A stretch of 32,000 nt of DNA. It comes from Deinococcus radiodurans R1 = ATCC 13939 = DSM 20539. GTDB lineage: Bacteria; Deinococcota; Deinococci; Deinococcales; Deinococcaceae. Under the pieces are notes generated by a model. That model was not told where the DNA came from. It did not search any database and worked only from the letters and a program-made list of their open reading frames with translations. The first letter of the stretch is position 1, and each line of letters begins with the position of its first letter. Of the stretch, positions 17,439 to 25,652 are shown piece after piece. The position numbers and the translations under genes are program-made. The stretch covers positions 1,057,360-1,089,359 of the forward strand of contig NC_001263.1 of assembly GCF_000008565.1 (NCBI RefSeq), in the 5' to 3' direction.

Positions 17439-18464
17439 ATGAAAAACCTTGTCCTGACCCTGGCGCTTCTCACGGGCGGCGCGGCCCTGGCCCAGACGAG
17501 CCAGCCGACGCCGGCCCCGCAACCTGCAACGACCCCGGCGACTTCCACGCAACCCGCAGCTCAGCCTTCGACCACCCAGTCGCCCGACGCCGTGGTGGCC
17601 CGCGTGGGCAACCAGACCTTGACGCTCGCCGATTTTGACCGCTCCTTCCGCGTGGCCGTCGCCGGGGTCGTCAACGCCCAAGGACTGCCGCTGAGCGACG
17701 ACCTGCTGGCCGAGTTCGCCTCCAGCCGTCCCGAGTACCTCAAGCAGTTCGTGCGCGAGCAGGCGCTGACCCAGCTCGCCCGTGCCAGCGTGAAGCCCGA
17801 CGCGGCAGCCATCGACGCCCAGCTCGCCCAGGCCCGCGCCGGGTTCGGCAGCGACGCCGACTTTCAGCAGGCGCTGACCCAGACCGGCTACGGCAGCGCC
17901 GACGACCTGCGCGCGGGTCTGGAGCGTCAGGCGGTCATCGCGCCTTACCTCCAGAGTGTGCAAAAGCGCTTCACTTTTGGCGACGCCATCGTGAACGGGT
18001 ACTACAACCTGCACCGCGACGCCTTCACGCGTGACGCCGAAGCCTGTGTCAAGCACATCCTGGTCGCCACTGAAGCCGAGGCGAAGACCATCGTCACCGA
18101 CCTCAGCGCGGGCAAGGACTTCGCCGCCGTCGCCAAGGCCAAGAGCCAGGATCCCGGCAGCGCCGCTGAGGGAGGCGACCTCGGCTGCATCGCGCCCGGC
18201 GACACCGTGGCCGCCTTCGACAAGGCGAGCTTTTCCGGCCCGCTGAACCAGCCCCAGGTCGTGCAGACCGAGTACGGCTGGCACGTCCTGACGGTCAGCC
18301 GCCGCAGCGCCGCAGGACTCCTGCCGCTCACCGAGGCCGCCCCCCTCATCCGCGAGCAGCTTTCGCGTGAAGCCGCCCAGAAGTACCTCGACGCCCAGAT
18401 TGCCCGCATCAAGGTGGAAACGTTCCCCGATGTGGTGAAGGTCGCCGCGCCCGCTGGCAAGTAA
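17439..18464 (+). CDS. secreted parvulin-type peptidyl-prolyl isomerase (SurA/PrsA-like), 341 aa
   Basis: Signal peptide MKNLVLTLALLTGGAALA/Q, a Pro/Thr-rich linker, a SurA-like N-domain, and a PpiC domain (...HILV...GGDLGC...F...GWHVL). Confidence 0.9.
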   Translation: MKNLVLTLALLTGGAALAQTSQPTPAPQPATTPATSTQPAAQPSTTQSPDAVVARVGNQTLTLADFDRSFRVAVAGVVNAQGLPLSDDLLAEFASSRPEYLKQFVREQALTQLARASVKPDAAAIDAQLAQARAGFGSDADFQQALTQTGYGSADDLRAGLERQAVIAPYLQSVQKRFTFGDAIVNGYYNLHRDAFTRDAEACVKHILVATEAEAKTIVTDLSAGKDFAAVAKAKSQDPGSAAEGGDLGCIAPGDTVAAFDKASFSGPLNQPQVVQTEYGWHVLTVSRRSAAGLLPLTEAAPLIREQLSREAAQKYLDAQIARIKVETFPDVVKVAAPAGK

Positions 18465-18475
18465 ACCAGCTCAAG

Positions 18476-18512
18476 AAAACCGCCGCCGGGCAGCTTTCCT
18501 GGCGGCGGTTTT
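18476..18512. terminator. bidirectional intrinsic terminator
   Basis: AAAACCGCCGCC-13-nt loop-GGCGGCGGTTTT. Confidence 0.85.
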
Positions 18513-18545
18513 CTTATTCGCGCAGCAACCTATTCCTCCAGCAAC

Positions 18546-19296
18546 CTATTTCCCCAACAAGAACGCCAGCGCCGCGTCGCGCAGGCCCACGCTGGTGTAG
18601 TGGGCGACGCCGGGAAAATTCTGTTCCTCGAAAGCGCCCGTCGCGTCCGCGTAGGCTTCGCGGTAGGCCGCCGCCGTCGGCTGATGGTGCGCGACGAGCG
18701 AAAACACCGGGTCTTCCTCCCCGCTCGCGATCAGCAGTGGCGTGGGGGCCGCGCGCCAGGCGTGGGTCAGGGGCCGGTGCGCTTCCAGAAACGCCCGCAG
18801 CTCCGGCGCCCGCACCTGCGGTTCCTGCCAGACACCCGAGGTGATGAGCGCAGCGGGCGCGGGTCAGGCGCGGCTCGGTTTGCAGCAGCGTCTGCACCAC
18901 GTACCCGCCCATGCTTGAGCCCACCGCCAGCACCGGCCCCGCACCGAAGCGCCCCGCCAGCGCGTCCAGCAGCGCTGGAGCCTCGACCACCGTCCGGCGC
19001 ACGCTGTCCCAGACATATTCGCGGGCATTAAGCCCTGGCGGCGTGTCCCCCTGTCGCTCACCGTGCAACGCGGCGTCGGGGATGACCACCGCAATCCCGT
19101 GTGTCGTCAGCGCAGAGTACACCCCGAGTTTGCCTTCCTTGGCGGCCCAGGCCCCGTGGTAGACGAGGCAGACGCCGCGCACGTCGCTGTCTTTCGGCGG
19201 CAGTTCAAGGAGACATGGGACGCCCGCGAGCACCGCCCGCTCGACGCGGTAGGGATGGCCTTCCGTCAGCGGCGTGGCGTGGTCGGTCGTGTTCAT
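18546..19296 (-). pseudogene. alpha/beta hydrolase (esterase / dienelactone-hydrolase-like) with an apparent 1-nt frameshift
   Basis: Nucleophile elbow GSSMGG. After ...LLQTEPRLTRA the frame becomes Arg/Gly junk. The other frame (track ORF 18546..18815 and upstream) gives AALITSGVWQEPQVRAPELRAFLEAH...LLIASGEEDPVF...FPGVAHYTS...FLLGK*, carrying the Asp and His regions. Confidence 0.8.
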
Positions 19297-19862
19297 CCTC
19301 CCTCCTCTGGCGCGAGCACCTGCCGCAGCAGCCGCAGTTGCCCCCGGTGGTTCACCTCATCTTCCATCACGTGAAACCAGGCCCAGTGCTGGTTCGCCCA
19401 GCCTGGCCCCAGCGGCTCGGCCAGCCAGGCGTCGTCTTTTGCGGCAAAGACCCGCAGCGTCTCGGCGCGGGCGTCGGCAAGCTCAGCCCGCAACTCGTCC
19501 AGGGTTGGCAGCCGAGCCGGAGCGGTGCCTTCTTTCCCCATCGTCAGGCCCCAGTACGCGGCGCCGTCGTCTTCGGGCGTCACGTCGCGGCCCTGAAACG
19601 ACAGGACGTGGTAGACGCGCTCCACCGCCGCGATGTGAGCGAGCAGCGTCCCGATGGAATTGGCGAAGCCGGGAGCCGTGGCCCACAACTGGTCCTCCGG
19701 CAAGCCTTCCACTGCTTGCAGGGTGGTCAGCCGGGCGTAGGTCAGCATCTCCACCAGGGCGCCGATGTGAGGCGTGAAGGCGGGGTCGGCGTCCGGCTGC
19801 ACAAAATAAGCCCGCTCGCTGTTCAGGGTCTGCGCGTGAAGTTCGGGATTGAAGGTCGGCAT
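19293..19862 (-). CDS. DinB-family (DinB_2/DUF664-like) four-helix-bundle protein, 189 aa
   Basis: ...TLLAHIAAVERVY... and ...HVMEDEVNHRGQL... (His triad pattern). SD GGAG before the ATG. The stop overlaps the next ATG (ATGA). Confidence 0.88.
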   Translation of the reverse strand: MPTFNPELHAQTLNSERAYFVQPDADPAFTPHIGALVEMLTYARLTTLQAVEGLPEDQLWATAPGFANSIGTLLAHIAAVERVYHVLSFQGRDVTPEDDGAAYWGLTMGKEGTAPARLPTLDELRAELADARAETLRVFAAKDDAWLAEPLGPGWANQHWAWFHVMEDEVNHRGQLRLLRQVLAPEEGG

Positions 19863-19960
19863 CTGGTCTCCTTGTCGGGTTGGTGCTTACAGATTGGCGC
19901 CCAGGCGTCTCGATTCGCCTGCGCCGTTCTTCGACAGCCACACTACTGGGACACAGGCGA

Positions 19961-20167
19961 TTATTCGCGGCCTACCAGCTCGCGTTTGATGACCACCAGC
20001 ACTTCACGGGTTTTGCCCCAGCGGTGGCTGGTGGTGGTCGCACTCGCCACTTCCCAGCCCTGCTCGCCCCATTCGCACAGCACCTGTTGCAGCTCGGTGT
20101 GGTTGATGACGATGGGAAACGGCGGCTGCGGGGGAAATGAAAACGTGACGTACTCGTAGCGTTTCAT
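19961..20167 (-). CDS. DUF4177-like small protein, 68 aa
   Basis: MKRYEYVTFSF...LQQVLCEWGEQGWEVASA...VLVVIKRE pattern. ATG 20167 chosen. Confidence 0.7.
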   Translation of the reverse strand: MKRYEYVTFSFPPQPPFPIVINHTELQQVLCEWGEQGWEVASATTTSHRWGKTREVLVVIKRELVGRE

Positions 20168-20268
20168 CTTGTGGACAGTGTGCACCTGCCCGGCAGTGTT
20201 CGCTCTTGACGGTGTCCTCCAGACCCTTCATGAAGTTCTCAAAAGTACGAAGCCGTGCCAGCGACCAC

Positions 20269-20294
20269 AAAAAACCCCGCCCAGGCAGGCGGGG
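20269..20294 (-). terminator. intrinsic terminator
   Basis: Minus strand reads CCCCGCC-tgcctg-GGCGGGG-TTTTTT. Confidence 0.75.
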
Positions 20295-20312
20295 AAAGCT
20301 TCTAAGCAGGTC

Positions 20313-20549
20313 TTAGCGGCGGGTGGTGGTCGTGGTGGTGTGCACGGTCGGGGCGGGCTGCTGACGGCCCAGGCCCAGCAGACCGGCGAGACCCAGCAGA
20401 CCGAGCCAGCCCCAGTCGAAGCCGCGCTTCTCGGTGGTGGTCGTGGTGGTGGTCTGGGTCGTGCCGGTGGTGTTGTTGGTGTCCTGGGCGGACGCCGCGA
20501 CAGGCAGCGCGAGGGCGGCGACGACGGCAACGGTCTTGAGCAGTTTCAT
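20313..20549 (-). CDS. small secreted Thr-rich protein with WGWLGLLGLAGLLGLG hydrophobic segment, 78 aa
   Basis: Signal peptide MKLLKTVAVVAALALPVAASA/Q. Poly-Thr tracts lie on both sides of a Gly/Leu-rich hydrophobic stretch. C-terminal RR. Confidence 0.75.
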   Translation of the reverse strand: MKLLKTVAVVAALALPVAASAQDTNNTTGTTQTTTTTTTEKRGFDWGWLGLLGLAGLLGLGRQQPAPTVHTTTTTTRR

Positions 20550-20665
20550 GCTCCGCAGTTTGACGGCTGCGCCGCCGCTTGTCCTTGATGGAGCCTTTAG
20601 ACGGTCATGGGTCTGACATTTGTGTCCGTCTCATCTGCGCTGGGTGCCAGGCGAGTGGCAGGCAC

Positions 20666-20694
20666 AAAAAAGCCGCCCCCAGGGGAGGAGGCGG
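20666..20694 (-). terminator. intrinsic terminator after hbd
   Basis: Minus strand reads CCGCCTCC-tcccct-GGGGGCGG-CTTTTTT (one G-U pair). Confidence 0.7.
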
Positions 20695-20727
20695 ACCCTT
20701 TCCAGGCAGCTCGAACGCAGCCGGGGC

Positions 20728-21564
<837 letters not shown>

Positions 21565-21590
21565 GGTTGCTCCTTTGAAATGTTGAATTC

Positions 21591-22022
21591 CTACGCTCTG
21601 CCGATTTGGTCTGCCAGCTTCCGTGCTTCCCGTGTGCCGATGACCAGCCGGGAGCCGTCGCTGAGGCGGACTTCCACATATTCTGCCTGCGGGCGCAGCG
21701 AGTAGAGCCAGCCGTCGCTCAGCAGGCGCACCCCCACGCCGAGGGGCGACGGGGCCGGCACCACGCGAACGCCCGCAATCGCCCCACGAGGAATTCGCCG
21801 GGTGAACAGGCCCGCGCCGAGGCTGACGCGCAGTTCGTCGGCAGTCAGGCGGACGCTCAGCCAACTCATGACCAACGTGACCGCGCCGAGCAGCATCAGC
21901 ATGACGGCTATCCCGGTCCTCTGCTCGGCGGACGCCTGACCCCAGACCACAGCGGCACACAGCAGGCTCAGGAGCGCGGCATAAGCCCACACGAGATCGT
22001 CACGCTGCTCGGCGTAGGTCAT
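21591..22022 (-). CDS. hypothetical membrane protein, 143 aa (2 TM plus small soluble domain)
   Basis: Two hydrophobic helices followed by ...ELRVSLG...[12 protein letters not shown].... GC3-rich. Confidence 0.7.
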   Translation of the reverse strand: MTYAEQRDDLVWAYAALLSLLCAAVVWGQASAEQRTGIAVMLMLLGAVTLVMSWLSVRLTADELRVSLGAGLFTRRIPRGAIAGVRVVPAPSPLGVGVRLLSDGWLYSLRPQAEYVEVRLSDGSRLVIGTREARKLADQIGRA

Positions 22023-22029
22023 GGTGACT

Positions 22030-22077
22030 CTACCAGCGGCACGCCGTCCGCCCTTTTCCGATGACTCCGAAGTTCAT
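22030..22077 (-). other. chimeric remnant: duplicated hbd 5' end fused to duplicated YciI-gene 3' end (15-codon ORF MNFGVIGKGRTACRW*)
   Basis: 22057..22077 matches 21544..21564 at 20/21. 22020..22049 matches 22715..22744 at 28/30. Confidence 0.6.
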
Positions 22078-22117
22078 TCGTATCGCTCCATTCAAAAGAA
22101 TGTGTTGTGCCCTTTCG

Positions 22118-22717
22118 TCAATTCAGCAACCTGACTTCTCCGTCTTCTATCCAGAGCGCCTGACCATCCCGCAGAAGACACAGAGGCCAGCGTTCCCCAT
22201 ACGTCCGGACCGTGTCAGCAATGGTTTCAATGGGGAACTGAGAAATGCTGCCCGAGGCGTGGGGAATGACCGCCAACTCTGTCAGGCCCAGACCGGTGTA
22301 GTCTTTTAAATCCGGCGCTATATCTGGAGAATCCATCAAGCTGACTGCTTCAATGGTTGGTCCAGCAACGACGGAGCCGGCGCTGCAACCGATATAAGGC
22401 AGCCCCTGCCGGACGCGCCGGGTGATGACTTTGTCCGACCCCGTTGATCTGAGGACTTGCAAGAGGTCGAAGGTTTCTCCTCCAGCGACGTAGACCCCAT
22501 CTACAGCATTCAGGGTCGTTTCGACTGCGGCCAGATCAGTGTGTGACAGGGGCAGGTTGATCAGCTCCAGCCCTTGTTTCTCCAGGCCCTCCCGCTCTTT
22601 TTGCACGAAGGGCGCGTCTGCATAGGAACGGGCGGCATCCGGGATGTACGCTACCCGTTTGCCCCCGATGAACTGCGCCATAGACGGATGCTGGAAGGAA
22701 GTCAGCAGAAGTCGCAT
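22118..22717 (-). CDS. peptidase S51 family (dipeptidase E-like), 199 aa
   Basis: ...[12 protein letters not shown]..., ...PYIGCSAGS... (nucleophile Ser context), ...IPHA.... Noticeably lower GC than the flanking genes. Confidence 0.85.
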
Positions 22718-22719
22718 GG

Positions 22720-23037
22720 TTACTCCACCAGCGGCACGCCGTCCAAGTCCAGCGCCCGGCCACGCTTGACCGGGGTGAACGGCATGTATGCGTACTCGGC
22801 AAAACCGCCCTGCACGAAGGGGTCGTCGCGGAACAGGTCGCGCAACTCCTGCTCGCTGTCGGCCCGGCAAATCAGGACGCCGCCGGTGCCATCGAGCTTA
22901 CGCCCGCTGGTCAGGAACACGCCGCTGCGGTAGTGCTGGTCGAGCCATTCGCGGTGCTTCGGCGTGGTGGCGTTCAGCTCGTCGCCGGTCTTGAGGTAGG
23001 TGCTGTGGACGACCCAGAGGGTAGGAGTTTCGCTCAT
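22720..23037 (-). CDS. YciI family protein, 105 aa
   Basis: ...HREWL...G.FL.SG...GG.L......E...L...DPF......EY... pattern of the YciI-like fold. Confidence 0.85.
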
Positions 23038-23055
23038 ACGCTCAGCCTAATCCCT

Positions 23056-24237
<1,182 letters not shown>

Positions 24238-24243
24238 GCGGAA

Positions 24244-24249
24244 AGTCTA
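24244..24249 (-). promoter_or_regulatory. -10 box TAGACT, 6 nt before ATG 24237
   Basis: Minus strand reads TAGACT-ttccgc-ATG with no SD. Confidence 0.5.
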
Positions 24250-24260
24250 GCGCGGCGAGA

Positions 24261-24274
24261 CTAACGAGCGTTAG
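24261..24274. promoter_or_regulatory. perfect palindrome CTAACG-AG-CGTTAG (TetR/PaaR-type operator candidate)
   Basis: 14-bp dyad centred 30 nt upstream of the thiolase ATG, covering the expected -35 region. Confidence 0.55.
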
Positions 24275-24324
24275 GCATACGGTGTGAGACGGCTCCGGTG
24301 AGGCGCTTGTGATGACCTGCCCTC

Positions 24325-24330
24325 TACGGT
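24325..24330 (+). promoter_or_regulatory. -10 box TACGGT, 6 nt before ATG 24337
   Basis: TACGGT-gcggca-ATG with no SD. Confidence 0.4.
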
Positions 24331-24336
24331 GCGGCA

Positions 24337-24702
24337 ATGACCACCCTGCTCCTCATCGTGGGCCTTTCGGTGCTTCTGCTGGGGCTCATGCTGTTGTCGC
24401 GCCCGAAAAGGCCGCCGCAGGAAACGCAACCTCTGGCCCCACGCAGAGTCCGCTGGCTCGACCCGGCGGTGCAGGCTGTTTTTGATCGTTCATCGGGGAA
24501 AACCACGCCTGTTCGCCGGGGTCAAAGAGTTGTCTGGGAGCCTCGGGTTCTGCTGAAACTGCGCGGTGACCGGGCCGAGATGGAACGGCTCATTCTTCAG
24601 CAGACTGACCTGTTTCCGCGTGCCAGTCGGGAACAACTCCTTAAAATCATCTACGACACCCGCTGCGGAATCGGAACCTGTAGGAGTGGTTCAGACGCTT
24701 AG
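24337..24702 (+). CDS. hypothetical protein with N-terminal TM helix, 121 aa
   Basis: MTTLLLIVGLSVLLLGLMLL anchor. The stop lies 1 nt before the next ATG (TAGAATG). Confidence 0.5.
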   Translation: MTTLLLIVGLSVLLLGLMLLSRPKRPPQETQPLAPRRVRWLDPAVQAVFDRSSGKTTPVRRGQRVVWEPRVLLKLRGDRAEMERLILQQTDLFPRASREQLLKIIYDTRCGIGTCRSGSDA

Positions 24703-24703
24703 A

Positions 24704-24989
24704 ATGCCTCCGATGCGCTGGCTTCCCTCCGTTCTCCTGCTCCTCACCGGTCTGCTGCTCGCGGCCCTCGCGCTCGGCGTGTTTGCCGTGCTGGGCGGCA
24801 GCGGCCCGCTGTGGCTGCGTTCGCTCGGCAGCGTGACGCTCGGCGGCCCTGGCCCGAACGGCTTCGCGCGCGGGCTGGCGCTGATGCTGCTGGCAAGCAC
24901 GCGCCCTCGCGCTGGCGACGCTGCGCCGTCCGGAACCCAGATATTTAGAACCCGAGCCCGCACTGGAGCCCGCGCCGCCGCAGGGCTGA
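24704..24989 (+). pseudogene. possible small 2-TM membrane protein, frame-switched before fabZ
   Basis: MPPMRWLPSVLLLLTGLLLAALALGVFAVLGG... is GC3-rich up to about 24890. After that GC3 preference moves to the +1 frame (...ARALALATLRRPEPRYLEPEPALEPAPPQG*), which ends at TGA 24987..24989. In the original frame there is no stop before fabZ. Confidence 0.35.
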
Positions 24990-25003
24990 GGTCGGGCCTT
25001 ACC

Positions 25004-25441
25004 ATGTCCCTCATGACCCCTCTGCTGATTCGGGACGTTCTGAAGGCCCTGCCCCACCGTTATCCCTTCGTGCTGGTGGACCGCGTGTTCAGCACGGAAA
25101 ATGGCGAAGTCCATGCGCTGAAAAACGTCACCATCAACGAGCCGTTTTTCATGGGGCACTTTCCCACCGAGCCCGTCATGCCCGGCGTGCTGATTACCGA
25201 GGCACTGGCGCAGGCGAGCATGTTTTGCCTGCACGGGCAGATGGAACCGGGCCAGATCGGCTATCTGGCGGGCATCGAGGGCGCCCGCTTCAAGCGCAAG
25301 GTGATTCCCGGCGACCAACTGCACCTGCACGCCAAACTGGAATTTCTGCGCCGGGGCCTGGGCAAAACCACCTGCCGCGCCGAGGTAGACGGCGAAGTGG
25401 CGGCGGAGATGCAGATTCTGTTTGCAGTGGCGAAGGGCTGA
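25004..25441 (+). CDS. fabZ: 3-hydroxyacyl-ACP dehydratase FabZ, 145 aa
   Basis: ...LPHRYPFVLVDRV..., ...NEPFFMGHFP..PVMPGVL..EALAQ.... Confidence 0.93.
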   Translation: MSLMTPLLIRDVLKALPHRYPFVLVDRVFSTENGEVHALKNVTINEPFFMGHFPTEPVMPGVLITEALAQASMFCLHGQMEPGQIGYLAGIEGARFKRKVIPGDQLHLHAKLEFLRRGLGKTTCRAEVDGEVAAEMQILFAVAKG

Positions 25442-25562
25442 GAAGACCCCTTTGCGGCGCAGCTCTGCGAGTTCCTATCGCCCTAGGGAAGGGCTTTGTC
25501 GTCTTTTGACCCTCTACCCAGGGGAGAGGGCCTTTGCAGAGCAAAGGGGTGAGGGGTCTTCT
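25441..25562. repeat. mosaic small non-coding repeat, copy C
   Basis: Starts at the last base of the fabZ stop. AGAAGACCCCTTTGC (25441..25455) is complementary to GCAAAGGGG...TCTTCT (25541..25562). Core TGACCCTCTACCCAGGGGAGAGGGCCTTTGCAGAGCAAAGGGGTGAGGGG (25507..25556). The module CGCAGCTCTGCGAGT (25458..25472) is the inverse of 6737..6751. Confidence 0.7.
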
Positions 25563-25652
25563 GCCCCCGCCCCAAACCCCCTCTCCCTGACACTGTTACC
25601 CTGAACCCGTGCGTTGTTCCTTTCTGACCCTCTGCCCGCTGGCGGCGACCCT

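Noticed and set aside
18523-18550. 12-nt direct repeat CAGCAACCTATT x2 (16-nt period) at the hydrolase stop codon.
   Set aside because: This is a very short local duplication spanning the stop (TAG) and the 3' UTR. It has no obvious function and is most likely replication slippage.
20313-20460. Short direct repeats (GGTGGTGGTCGTGGTGGTG x2) as a possible CRISPR or minisatellite.
   Set aside because: There are only two copies. They lie inside a well-supported small CDS, where they encode poly-Thr tracts. There is no spacer-repeat periodicity and no cas genes.
24566-25441. Track ORF of 291 aa as the true FabZ.
   Set aside because: Its first 46 codons overlap gene 24337..24702 in another frame and have poor codon bias. 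FabZ homology starts at about 25004. The remaining ambiguity (24704 onward) is reported as a finding.
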